Source of the DNA: a virus
IMG/VR virus record: IMGVR_UViG_3300045988_101743
Coordinates: 1 to 64,000 of that record
Strand: one strand, 5' to 3'
DNA length: 64,000 nucleotides
Shown: one piece after another, positions 1 to 8,610 of the stretch
Position numbering within the stretch: the stretch's first letter is position 1
How the letters are laid out: each line of letters starts with the position of its first letter
Program-made: the position numbers and the translations under genes
The notes under the pieces: generated by a model
Told to the model about the DNA's origin: nothing
The model's input: only the letters and a program-made list of their open reading frames with translations
Databases searched by the model: none

Positions 1-135
1 GGTGGCCGCTGAACAGTCGCCTGTGTTGGTGGCCGCTGATTGGTCGCCTGTGTTGGTGGCCGCTGAACAGTCGCCTGTGTTGGTGGCCGCTGAACGGTCG
101 CCTGTGTTGGTGGCCGCTGATTGGTAGCCTGTGTT
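1..135 (-). repeat. 27-bp tandem repeat x5 (ggtggccgctga[ac/tt][ag]gtcgcctgtgtt), in-frame coding for 9-aa units TNTGD[Q/R/C]SAA of the CDS below
   Basis: Five head-to-tail 27-nt units at 1-27, 28-54, 55-81, 82-108 and 109-135 with 1-3 substitutions each. The minus-strand frame through them has no stops. Confidence 0.9.
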
Positions 136-489
136 GGTTGATTTCGCGTCCTTAAAATTCACTTTATCCAATATGAATTTTACTCCAGCCTTAATCAATC
201 CATTAAGACCTATTTCTGCCGATATATGTATATGCGATGTGGCGACTTTACAGTCCTCATTCGCTTGATCGACAATCCCACCACCTTCAACCTCACAATA
301 TCTGGAATCGCTTGGCGAATAATATCTAAACACGTCAAAAGGGTCCTCGCAGAAATGGAAACCTCTCTTGCAACACTTAACTTCTCCTTCTTGTTCGTAA
401 TCCTTTCCAATCTCGTATTGGAATCCACGGCATTTAAGGTCTTTATCAAAACCTTTGAAACCGCGAATTATATTATCTTTCTTACTCAT
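1..489 (-). CDS. Hypothetical Cys-rich protein with C-terminal 9-aa tandem repeats; 3' end truncated by the window edge
   Basis: ATG at 489-487 (MSKKDNIIRGFKGFDKDLKCRGFQYEIGKDYEQEGEVKCCKRGFHFCEDPFDVF...). The frame stays open through the tandem repeat to position 1. It is absent from the ORF track because it runs off the edge. Confidence 0.5.
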   Translation of the reverse strand, partial: MSKKDNIIRGFKGFDKDLKCRGFQYEIGKDYEQEGEVKCCKRGFHFCEDPFDVFRYYSPSDSRYCEVEGGGIVDQANEDCKVATSHIHISAEIGLNGLIKAGVKFILDKVNFKDAKSTNTGYQSAATNTGDRSAATNTGDCSAATNTGDQSAATNTGDCSAAT

Positions 490-735
490 AGCTTTTTATA
501 TTAGTTATTTGAAAGTTAATAAATCCTTGCGGTGGGGTCGCACATATCATCCAGTGTGCGTACCTTGCGCCATCGCTTTGCTCTGTTTTTGTTAGCATAT
601 ACGGCCATTGTCGAAATGTAGCACTGGCAAGCAGGAGTGAATGGCGATATTCGCCCCCCCCAATTAGGTGACGCCTGTTCCTTGCACCCTCCTGCCACTT
701 GGTCGTACATAAGGCAGTGTTCGCAAGTGTGTGGT

Positions 736-927
736 TTATGACTCATGGCCTGAATTATTTTTTTTAGCAACAAGTTTGATGCAGGCTGGGTAGACGGTAT
801 CAAAACCATCAAACTGCTCCTCTACGTGCTCTACACTGAAATCATCAAGCAGTCGATCTTCTGCTTCGATGTAAACGTCCTCCTCATCGGATGAGGATAG
901 CAGATCTATCAGTTCGTATTTGTTCAT
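736..927 (-). CDS. Small acidic hypothetical protein; possibly continues past an A8 slippery tract into the 516..812 frame (C4-type zinc-ribbon-like tail HTCEHC...GGCKEQ)
   Basis: ORF MNKYELIDLLSSSDEEDVYIEAEDRLL... ends just after an AAAAAAAA run at about 756-763. The overlapping frame encodes ...KKIIQAMSHKPHTCEHCLMYDQVAGGCKEQ... Confidence 0.35.
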   Translation of the reverse strand: MNKYELIDLLSSSDEEDVYIEAEDRLLDDFSVEHVEEQFDGFDTVYPACIKLVAKKNNSGHES

Positions 928-1162
928 AAGATTGATGTTGAATGTCCTGTATGTACCCGACTGTCCCCTTTGGGTGCTGCATAAACAGCAGGAACATCGG
1001 GGTGTATTTTTGTTTGCCCTCTCTCCATTTGTAGACGAGGTAAACCTTTGCGGACGGCCCTACGCTTCCGATTGTTTCAACGAAACGCGGAAGCTCGTTG
1101 AAGCGCTTTTGGCAATAGGAGTTGAGGTTGTCTTCGCCCTCTATCCATTTATATATAAACAT
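884..1162 (-). CDS. Hypothetical protein (~92 aa, start at internal ATG 1162)
   Basis: The ORF 884..1312 has an N-terminal part that is Arg/Ser-rich low complexity. A plausible start is MFIYKWIEGEDNL at 1162. Confidence 0.35.
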   Translation of the reverse strand: MFIYKWIEGEDNLNSYCQKRFNELPRFVETIGSVGPSAKVYLVYKWREGKQKYTPMFLLFMQHPKGTVGYIQDIQHQSYEQIRTDRSAILIR

Positions 1163-1178
1163 AAGCCTTTCTTTCTGT

Positions 1179-1472
1179 TTAGTCGCGCTCTTCGACCGCA
1201 GCCTTGTACTTGCTGAGCTCCTGCGTGAGCTGATAGTTCTCCTTGTTGTAGTAATCACGTTCCGCTCTCGCCTGGCCGATACAAACATAACTTGTGATGA
1301 TACATACGACAAGCACGGCGCCTATGAGCGCCCAAGGCCATCGGTGCACAAATCCATTAACTGTTCTCCATAGGTTGCGAAAGAACACGCTTGCGTAAAG
1401 GATAGAGTACACAAGCGCCTCTTTGGTTGTTGCGTTAGTCACGAAGCTTATTCTGTCTTTGTTGTTTCCCAT
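1179..1472 (-). CDS. Small membrane protein (one TM helix followed by a coiled segment)
   Basis: The stretch WPWALIGAVLVVCIITSYVCIG is a hydrophobic helix. It is tightly packed with the flanking genes. Confidence 0.5.
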   Translation of the reverse strand: MGNNKDRISFVTNATTKEALVYSILYASVFFRNLWRTVNGFVHRWPWALIGAVLVVCIITSYVCIGQARAERDYYNKENYQLTQELSKYKAAVEERD

Positions 1473-1477
1473 AATGC

Positions 1478-2050
1478 TTATCCTAAGAATATTGGTAATC
1501 TTCTAAAAATCTCGTTATCGGGAGTATTAAACTCCTCCTGCCACATGCGGTAAATCACATTGAGGTTTAGCTTCTCTGCGATATGCGCATGACGCTCCCG
1601 GAACGCCTTTTCTTGCTCTTTGAAAACGTACAGGCGGTTGCTTTTCAAGCGAGCGATGTTAGCTGATGACGCATCGTTCGCAAAAGCCTCCAAAGCACCC
1701 CAGTCGTTGCTGTTCTTTGGTGCGAAGTTGATGCCGTCCACATAACCGAAATGTTGGTCCTGACTTGCTGTTCTTGCAGCGAAAGCAAACCCACTTGTGT
1801 AGATGTAGATATTTTCCACGTTAGGGTATTGCAGTCTGATGTCCGCCGTAAGGTTGTCGATGTTTACCCATGACAGAAATGGCTCACCGCCAGTGATGCA
1901 GACGGTATGGACCGTTTTCAGCTCCTCGACCGTGGCCACTGGTATCTTGTTGATGTCGTAATGTTTGTTGCAGCACAGCCTGCAATGATGGTCGCACCTT
2001 TCAAGTATCATAAGGTGCATGATTTCTGGTTTCATTTTTATATTTCCCAT
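1478..2050 (-). CDS. Small radical SAM protein (NrdG/QueE-like [4Fe-4S] activase fold)
   Basis: CDHHCRLCC gives a CX3CX2C cluster motif near the N-terminus, followed by the glycine-rich TGGEPFL SAM motif. Length is 190 aa. Confidence 0.7.
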   Translation of the reverse strand: MGNIKMKPEIMHLMILERCDHHCRLCCNKHYDINKIPVATVEELKTVHTVCITGGEPFLSWVNIDNLTADIRLQYPNVENIYIYTSGFAFAARTASQDQHFGYVDGINFAPKNSNDWGALEAFANDASSANIARLKSNRLYVFKEQEKAFRERHAHIAEKLNLNVIYRMWQEEFNTPDNEIFRRLPIFLG

Positions 2051-2177
2051 TTGTCGTTAATGATTACTTACTTGGTTCCGTTGCACCAATTTTCTGTTGA
2101 CTGCCAATAGCCGGCAAGCCAAATCTCCTTCTTTGACGCATAGGGGTGGGCTTCAATCCACTCTTCCGCCTTTTTGT

Positions 2178-2813
2178 TTATGTCAGCCATCTTTGTTCTT
2201 TTTTTTTTTTGTTCTTGTGGTATTTAAGGTAGTCTTGGTAGGAGACGCATTTCTCGTTACCAATATCGGCATTTGCCTTTTTTATCTCAAGCTCACTATA
2301 ATGCGCGTCTATCGTGTCGTTCCTCTCAACAAGAAACTTTCCAACGGAGTCCATGATGACGAGTGGATCGACGTTCCCATAGAAAGTGCCATACCGTCCA
2401 ATCTTGAAGCGCCTTATGAAAAGCATGACCTCGGTCATTTTGAGATACCCGAAGTCGGCCACCATTAGCTGCGCCATCTGTAGCAGTTGCTGCGAGTTGA
2501 TTTTCTTGCTCACGCCAGCGAACTCTGACAGGTCAGAGAATTGGTACACGAGCCACTCCTCGGCCGTTCCTTTGCCGTATATGTTGTTGGCTGCCCACAG
2601 TGTAGGAACATTACCGAAGATGCAATACGTCTGATCATTCGTTATCGTCACCGAATTGTTGACATGGTATTTCAAGAGGAGCTCCTTCTTCGTCTTCGGG
2701 AATCCCTCTCCTTCTCCTATCCTCTTTGGATTGCTCTGAGAAATACGCCGCAACCCCTGCGTAGGAGTCGAGTCTCTTTGCTCGTTCCTCCTCCTCTCTT
2801 TGCGATGTTCCAT
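2178..2813 (-). CDS. Hypothetical protein; start uncertain; may be the C-terminal domain of the upstream initiator gene joined by a frameshift
   Basis: The ORF overlaps 2635..3360 by 178 nt in another frame. Its N-terminal 60 aa are Arg-rich low complexity. The C-terminus runs into a T14 homopolymer at about 2195-2210. Confidence 0.35.
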   Translation of the reverse strand: MEHRKERRRNEQRDSTPTQGLRRISQSNPKRIGEGEGFPKTKKELLLKYHVNNSVTITNDQTYCIFGNVPTLWAANNIYGKGTAEEWLVYQFSDLSEFAGVSKKINSQQLLQMAQLMVADFGYLKMTEVMLFIRRFKIGRYGTFYGNVDPLVIMDSVGKFLVERNDTIDAHYSELEIKKANADIGNEKCVSYQDYLKYHKNKKKKEQRWLT

Positions 2814-3360
2814 TTGACTGTGCGTTATTATTGTTGTAATTGTTTAGTTTCCACCTCGCAAGCCGTTTTGGTATGTCAAACACATTTTCCATTTCAAAGC
2901 GCATCCTCGTGCCACTCTTGTTACTCTCGGTCCAATAGTCGAAGAACTCCCGTATCATCGACTTACCATAGGTTTCCATGTACGGAACGAGCTTCAGCCC
3001 GAAGTCGTGACTACGCTGTTTTAGCATGTCATCATCGTGCGCATTTCGTGCGCATTTCGTGCGAGAAGTGGTCGTAACCCTCTGACTATCAGAAGAAATG
3101 CCGTGCGGAAATCGTGCGCGAGTCGTGCGGATTAGCAGTTTCTCTCCATACAACTTATCCATTATATGACGCACCTTCCCTTTTGTCGTACAGAACTCAT
3201 CGGCAATGCGTTGAAGGCTTACGCCAACAACACCTTCCTTCGTGTTCCGCTTGACAAACATGTATATCGTTATCTCAAGCCATGAGTGGTCGGTGAACAA
3301 TTTGTCAGGTACATTCATGCGTCCGAACGTTTGTCGTGTTTTCCAATGAAGGCCCGGCAC
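2635..3360 (-). CDS. Putative replication initiator / DNA-binding protein (N-terminal winged-HTH) with ori-like iterons inside its linker-coding region
   Basis: N-terminal HTH-like segment EGVVGVSLQRIADEFCTTKGKVRHIMDKLYGEKLL. The low-complexity linker TTTSRTKCARNAHDDD is encoded by the 11-bp TCGTGCG iterons at 3040-3115, a lambda-O-like arrangement. Confidence 0.5.
   Translation of the reverse strand: MPGLHWKTRQTFGRMNVPDKLFTDHSWLEITIYMFVKRNTKEGVVGVSLQRIADEFCTTKGKVRHIMDKLYGEKLLIRTTRARFPHGISSDSQRVTTTSRTKCARNAHDDDMLKQRSHDFGLKLVPYMETYGKSMIREFFDYWTESNKSGTRMRFEMENVFDIPKRLARWKLNNYNNNNAQSNGTSQREEEERAKRLDSYAGVAAYFSEQSKEDRRRRGIPEDEEGAPLEIPCQQFGDDNE
3035..3120. repeat. Iteron cluster: about six copies of TCGTGCG at 11-bp (one helical turn) spacing
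   Basis: catcgtgcgcatttcgtgcgcatttcgtgcgag...gccgtgcggaaatcgtgcgcgagtcgtgcgg. The same motif recurs in reverse orientation at 20990-21110. Confidence 0.6.
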
Positions 3361-3461
3361 TCAGTATCTTGGAAGAAACATCGTGACGGGCCTCGGTCTA
3401 TTCATCTATTATTATGGCATTAAAGGATTTGACTATCATTTCTGCGCCCCTTCTTGCCTTA

Positions 3462-3863
3462 TCAGAAAGGGAGGTCATTGTTGTTGCCCTGTTGCTGCTG
3501 CACGGGCTGCGCGGGCTGCTGAAACCCGGCATTTCCTTGCGGCTGGCTATCCTTTGGAACGCCGGGGGCGACCTCGTTAGGCTTGAGCATACGGTCAATC
3601 TTCCAAACGTTAATGTCGGTGAACCATCGGCCATTGTAGTCGCGGCTCCTGATGTCGAAGAACACCTGAAGGCTCTCGCCTGCCTTAACGGCGCACTCTG
3701 TGATCTTGTCGTTTCCGAAGATGCGGAAGCAGATGTCGCATGGGTAATTGCTATCGTCTGTCGTGAGGATGAACTCCTGCGTCGCCCACTCCTTTCCTGA
3801 TGCGGACACGCCCTGCTTCGTTTGGAGCACCTCTTTCACTGTTCCTGTTACTGCAAATGACAT
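3462..3863 (-). CDS. DUF3127-family protein (putative OB-fold ssDNA-binding) with a Gln-rich tail
   Basis: MSFAVTGTVKEVLQTKQGVSASGKEWATQEFILTT...DICFRIFGND...FFDIRSRDYNGRWFTDINVWKI matches the DUF3127 pattern. Confidence 0.55.
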   Translation of the reverse strand: MSFAVTGTVKEVLQTKQGVSASGKEWATQEFILTTDDSNYPCDICFRIFGNDKITECAVKAGESLQVFFDIRSRDYNGRWFTDINVWKIDRMLKPNEVAPGVPKDSQPQGNAGFQQPAQPVQQQQGNNNDLPF

Positions 3864-3884
3864 TGTGTTTCTTGTTTTTGTTGT

Positions 3885-4571
3885 TTATTTGTTAATGATC
3901 TGTTCGATGAACTCGTTCGCGAGTATCACACGCTCCTCCATGAGCTTGATGTCGTCTTCCACACGTTCTATCTCTGCGTGGTGTATAGGTTTCGTCAGCC
4001 ATGGGGTATAGGTGATGAACGTTCCGCTTTTGGCGTCCGTGCAGCTCATTTCGGCCATCATCTGCCAATAGTACTTTGGTTCTGTCTCCTTGAGTGACGC
4101 AGCGTCATGTATGAGCAAGCGGTATTTCATGTAGGTGTTGATGTTCGGGCATTTCACCTCGATGATGCGTAGGCCGCCATTCTCATAGATGCCACCGTCG
4201 GGGCTTGCCGCAAAGTGTGGTATGCTCTTGTGGCGGCATGATGGCATGGGCACCACGTCATTGTCCTTAAGAAACATCTTTTGGTACAGCTCAATTGCCG
4301 ACGACTCCTGCTCTGTTCCCCACTCCATTGCTTTCGACGTGAACGATGTCTGGTCAAGGTAGTCTTGAAACACATCATCGTCCTCAAGGAACACCGGATT
4401 GAAAAGACGCTCGGCTGCCACTTGGTAGAGGTAGCTCTTTGCGGTTTCTGACCACATTTCGTCCTTCTTTCGGCCAGCCTTCATGATGTCGGCGATTTTA
4501 GAACCTGTCAAATTTCCGATCCGGCTGCGGAACCATGCGGTCGAACGCTGCCCTGTTCCATCTGTAATCAT
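3885..4571 (-). CDS. YqaJ-like viral recombinase exonuclease (PD-(D/E)xK, lambda-Exo-like)
   Basis: STAWFRSRIGNLTGSKIADIM...IIEVKCP are YqaJ-domain hallmarks. It overlaps the recT stop by 4 nt. Confidence 0.7.
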   Translation of the reverse strand: MITDGTGQRSTAWFRSRIGNLTGSKIADIMKAGRKKDEMWSETAKSYLYQVAAERLFNPVFLEDDDVFQDYLDQTSFTSKAMEWGTEQESSAIELYQKMFLKDNDVVPMPSCRHKSIPHFAASPDGGIYENGGLRIIEVKCPNINTYMKYRLLIHDAASLKETEPKYYWQMMAEMSCTDAKSGTFITYTPWLTKPIHHAEIERVEDDIKLMEERVILANEFIEQIINK

Positions 4572-5407
4572 TTCTTCTCCTTCTTCTTTGCGGTTTCTGC
4601 CTCGGCTGCCTCGGCTGCTTTGGCGGCAATAGTCTTTTTGTTCTCCTCGGCACGATAAGGTCTCATCACCTCCTCAACGGTTGTGTCACCATCTTTAAGA
4701 GACTGCGTTATACCGAGAAGGACAGCGATTTGGTCAGCCTTTATCTGGTTAACCGTCTGTTTACCACAGAGCATTACAACCTCCTGCTCAGTGATACCAT
4801 ACTCGTCCTTAAAGAAGTCGATGCACTTCTTGCGTCTTGCCACGAGCTTCTCCTCGTCAGACAAATCACCAGTGACAAAGTGTTGTGCTGCTTGATACAC
4901 CTTATCTGTAATCGCCTTTGGAATTACAGAGAACACTGCGTTGCGATAAGCGATTGAGTTTGCCGCGTTACCAGTAACGGTAATCATATCGTCAGAGAAC
5001 CGCTTTCCGTTTTTGCCTACGATAGAACGGCGAACCTCGAAGGCCGTGGCGACGTTATTCTCTAAATCCCAACAAGTTCCTCGGCTAATCACTTGCTTGT
5101 CAGTAATCTGCACAACCTTTGCTTCCGCTCTCACATTTCCCCAATTACTAACTATGAGCTTTGCAAGATGAACGCTTGGTCCTGTAATGAGCTTTCCGCC
5201 ACGTGGGAGCGCATATCCGCAGCTCTGTGCGGTAGCGTAGTCCATTGTTGCCATTGCGATTGAGTTATTTACACTTCTTGCGATGTCTCTTGGGTATTGC
5301 TTTGCGGTAGCAACCTGCGAGTCAACATTCGCACGTTCCACTGCGTCAATCTGAATGATGTTTTGGTCTTGCTGAACTTGCAAGACTTCGTAATTTTCGT
5401 TCTCCAT
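4568..5407 (-). CDS. recT: RecT-family single-strand annealing recombinase
   Basis: 279 aa with RecT-like core (GYALPRGGKLITGPSVHLAKLI...) and a Lys/Ala/Glu-rich C-terminal tail. Paired with the YqaJ exonuclease. Confidence 0.7.
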   Translation of the reverse strand: MENENYEVLQVQQDQNIIQIDAVERANVDSQVATAKQYPRDIARSVNNSIAMATMDYATAQSCGYALPRGGKLITGPSVHLAKLIVSNWGNVRAEAKVVQITDKQVISRGTCWDLENNVATAFEVRRSIVGKNGKRFSDDMITVTGNAANSIAYRNAVFSVIPKAITDKVYQAAQHFVTGDLSDEEKLVARRKKCIDFFKDEYGITEQEVVMLCGKQTVNQIKADQIAVLLGITQSLKDGDTTVEEVMRPYRAEENKKTIAAKAAEAAEAETAKKKEKK

Positions 5408-5430
5408 ATAATATTAACTTGTTAATGATG

Positions 5431-5616
5431 TTATTGGTTACTCGGTGAAAACTTACTATGGAACTCCAAGGTCTTTCTGTTGAGCATCCGCGCCTGACCA
5501 TCCTCGTAGTTGAGCCGAAGGGCGAGTCGCGCGACCTGCTTGGCAGTCCGTCGAGGAAGAAGCCAAAGGCACTCATGGAGTATCTCTAGCGACTCTAATT
5601 TCTCGTTTACAGCCAT
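5431..5616 (-). CDS. Small hypothetical protein (61 aa)
   Basis: ORF only; fills the gap between recT and the upstream gene. Confidence 0.25.
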   Translation of the reverse strand: MAVNEKLESLEILHECLWLLPRRTAKQVARLALRLNYEDGQARMLNRKTLEFHSKFSPSNQ

Positions 5617-6065
5617 ATAACTTCACCCTTTAGGAAAACAGCCTCCACACTCGTACCTGTGGCCGCTACCGACACATAGTCGATCATGGCCTCTTTCATA
5701 ACCTTGTCTATGTAAGCGAGCGCTCTGCTTAAAGAGCTTGCCTGAACGAGGTACACAACCTTCGTGCGTTGCTCCTTGCCTGTTTTCTCGTCGAGCGATA
5801 TGAACTCAACCTTCGCCTTGTAGAACTTGTCGTCGTTCCCATCCTTTGAAAAGAGCACCTCCTTGTATGGCGCTATGCTTACGCTGACAATGTCAACATC
5901 GTAGCCGTCATACTCGGTGAGCGCCTTCTCCTCTGCGTCGCCAAACGACTCGGCCTCTACGACGACGGTCTCCTTCACCCTCTTTTCCTCACCGTCCTCC
6001 TCTGTCTTCGTCACCTTTGCGGACACCTCGAAGTACTTTCCTGTACGCATTTTCAATCCATCCAT
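5607..6065 (-). CDS. Hypothetical protein (152 aa)
   Basis: Clean ORF with balanced composition in the operon context. Confidence 0.5.
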   Translation of the reverse strand: MDGLKMRTGKYFEVSAKVTKTEEDGEEKRVKETVVVEAESFGDAEEKALTEYDGYDVDIVSVSIAPYKEVLFSKDGNDDKFYKAKVEFISLDEKTGKEQRTKVVYLVQASSLSRALAYIDKVMKEAMIDYVSVAATGTSVEAVFLKGEVIWL

Positions 6066-6110
6066 ATTTGTTTGGTTTATTTGTTAAACACTGTTTGTTT
6101 CAAAACCCTG

Positions 6111-6314
6111 TCAGATTAGGCCGCACCCACACTCGTCAGCATGGTAGTAATCCGTAGCTATCAAGTGGAGTATCTCGTGCCCTCTTTCTGTCTCGGCCTC
6201 CTTCATTAGCTGATGCACGAAGCCGTAGTCCATCCGTGCGGCCTGTGCCTGTTGTATGAGTTTCCTGTCGTGTTCAGGAAGCCCTTTCGTGTTGTAGTGC
6301 ATCATGGGGCACAC
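6111..6314 (-). CDS. Small hypothetical protein (67 aa, GTG start)
   Basis: ORF track. A further 42-aa hydrophobic peptide ORF (MRIIALSCLLVAICALIGAWIG...) lies at 6300..6426. Confidence 0.35.
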   Translation of the reverse strand: MCPMMHYNTKGLPEHDRKLIQQAQAARMDYGFVHQLMKEAETERGHEILHLIATDYYHADECGCGLI

Positions 6315-6961
6315 TCCTCATCCTCGTCCTCGTTAACAAGCCCGATGGCCCGTGACACGATGTTGCCGATCCATGCGCCAATGAGCGCGCAGATGGCTAC
6401 CAGTAAGCAAGACAATGCGATTATTCTCATAGCTGAAAACGTTTGGTTAGCCGTCTGCCCACCGTGGCCCGCGAGATAGCGTTAGCGACCTCAACGAGAA
6501 CAACGATGAGCATCATGGCGAACAAATAACAAAAACATAAAAAATTTCTCATAAGAGCCGCATCCCTGAGTCGAACAGGGTAATGAATCACTATCGCGCC
6601 TATCCGTTTAACGCGCTATATGCGGCTGTTGAGCGCCCGCTGGCGCCCGTGTTAAAAACATATCTAAGTATCTAAGACAGACAACGCCGTCACGGCGTAA
6701 ACATACAAGTAAATCCATCACGGACAACATGTAAAAAAACAAATGTGTTACTGTTTAACCTATTATATATCATTTATATGAAACAATTCAGCGCAAACCT
6801 GTTATCTCAACACATTTGCGTTGCTTTTTATCTTAGTCGTCGTTGTCTGAATTTCGTTGTTAAAGCGGGGAGGCTTCCGAGGCTCTTTGTCCATAGCGCC
6901 GCTTGCGCATTGCGCCAGCCTCCCCAATCAATAACAACAAATCAAACTATGAAACTATAAG

Positions 6962-7843
6962 CTAATTCTTCCCTAATGACCGACTCTCCTCCTCGGCATG
7001 CTCACAAGCGTCCATCATGTCGAACAGGCCCTTTATGGCCTTCTTCTGCTCTCCCGGTGTGCGCCATACGTCGTCATACTCCTTGAAGATGTCAACGGCA
7101 GAGCCGTAAAGCGTCTGTGTGTTCATCCACTGCTCTTCAAGCTGCGTGATGCCAAGCTGGATATTCTTCAGCTCGACGCCATCAAGATCGTAGTCGGTCG
7201 ATGGCTCTATTGCGAGCTCGGCCTTCATCCACAGCTCGCATATCGCCCTCATGTTAAACGCCTTGTAGATCTTATTCAGCTCACTTGGGGCTATGCCAAC
7301 CGTGTTTCCGGCGTTGTCCAACGCCGAACCATACACACGTACAGCTATCTTCAGGCACGTCGTTGCCGTGATGACCCAAGCTATGATGTCGGCGTTCTTG
7401 ACGCCGTGGCTCTCAAGCGACAGCTTGAACTTGTTGACAAGGCAAGTGAGGAACGGCCTTGTGCGTGAGTACGCTTGCGCACCAATGGCGGTCCACATGT
7501 CGAAATACTCCGAGTCCGTAATGTCACCGAACGACTTGCGCCTGTCAGGAGGAAGGTCTTTTAGCCTGAAGAAGTAAGGTGGGCCGCCATACAACAGGTT
7601 TCTCTCGTACTTGTGGTATTCGTCCACTACGTCCTTGAACCGTTTCTTGATGGACATGCCGTCCGCAGCACGTTTGCGGTATCTCGGATGCTCTTTCACC
7701 TTTCCGAGAGCTTCCAAGCAAGCCATCCAAGCGGCGTTGTTGGCGACACCGCAAGTCGTCTTCACGAGCCCTGATATGATGCCAGCGATTTGAGCCAGCG
7801 TCTCCTGCCGCTCTGCCCGTATCGTATGTTTCACTTCTTTCAT
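6962..7843 (-). CDS. Hypothetical protein (293 aa)
   Basis: Long clean ORF in the operon; no recognised motif. Confidence 0.55.
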   Translation of the reverse strand: MKEVKHTIRAERQETLAQIAGIISGLVKTTCGVANNAAWMACLEALGKVKEHPRYRKRAADGMSIKKRFKDVVDEYHKYERNLLYGGPPYFFRLKDLPPDRRKSFGDITDSEYFDMWTAIGAQAYSRTRPFLTCLVNKFKLSLESHGVKNADIIAWVITATTCLKIAVRVYGSALDNAGNTVGIAPSELNKIYKAFNMRAICELWMKAELAIEPSTDYDLDGVELKNIQLGITQLEEQWMNTQTLYGSAVDIFKEYDDVWRTPGEQKKAIKGLFDMMDACEHAEEESRSLGKN

Positions 7844-7850
7844 GTTCTTT

Positions 7851-8303
7851 CTATTTGTTAGTGCGCCTGCAATACTCTGCGATGAGCAATGCGTCGCAAG
7901 TCTTAAGTGTCACTTTCTTTCCGAGCTGCGGGAACAGCGCCTGCGCCTTCGCTTTAAGCATCCTTTTCCATTCGGATTTCTCATGCTTCTTGCTTGTGCC
8001 GAGCGAATATGTCTTTTCCCACTTTTGCGGCCTCGCCTTGATTGTCCTAATGCCAAGCGCGAGGAGCGCCATTTCAAGATGCCCGTTATGCCTTGCGAAC
8101 CTTGCCGTCGATGATGAAGATTGACCGGGCATGCCCTGCCCAACATCCTCAAGCACGCAAACAGAACCATCCTTGTAGCCCATGAGAAACTGGAATATCT
8201 CCATGGGAGTATCGGGCATGTTCACGCACTCTATTACAGAGCCATCATCGTCGAGTATTGCTATCCCGCCGCTTACGCCCGGGTCTATACCTATGTAAAC
8301 CAT
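7851..8303 (-). CDS. RuvC-like Holliday-junction resolvase (start at MVYIGIDPG)
   Basis: The N-terminal MVYIGIDPGVSGGIAILDDDG is the RuvC/YqgF catalytic motif. Length is about 150 aa. Confidence 0.65.
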   Translation of the reverse strand: MVYIGIDPGVSGGIAILDDDGSVIECVNMPDTPMEIFQFLMGYKDGSVCVLEDVGQGMPGQSSSSTARFARHNGHLEMALLALGIRTIKARPQKWEKTYSLGTSKKHEKSEWKRMLKAKAQALFPQLGKKVTLKTCDALLIAEYCRRTNK

Positions 8304-8313
8304 TCTACCAAAG

Positions 8314-8589
8314 TTAAAAAATAAAGTTGGGCCGCTTTTGAACGGGGTTGAACGACAGACTCTGGTATACGTTGTTTCCAAACCGTTGCCATTTTCCCGT
8401 CTTGTACTGTACGAGCCAGTCGCCCGTGCGCGCTATTGGTGAACCGTCTGTCGCCTCGTCCTTGAATCGGACTGTTATGTCCATTCTCCTGTGCCTGTCT
8501 TGGCTCACGCTAACGAACTCAAGGCAGTCGAGAGACCTTAGCTCCTCGACGTTGTTGCGCCAAACCCTGATGCTTTTGATAATGTTCAT
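8314..8589 (-). CDS. Hypothetical protein (91 aa)
   Basis: ORF track. Confidence 0.35.
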   Translation of the reverse strand: MNIIKSIRVWRNNVEELRSLDCLEFVSVSQDRHRRMDITVRFKDEATDGSPIARTGDWLVQYKTGKWQRFGNNVYQSLSFNPVQKRPNFIF

Positions 8590-8610
8590 CTTCTTGTCGT
8601 CACAAAGTCG

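Noticed and set aside
1-135. Possible CRISPR array from regular 27-bp repeats
   Set aside because: The units are directly adjacent with no spacers and are translated in frame as part of a protein.
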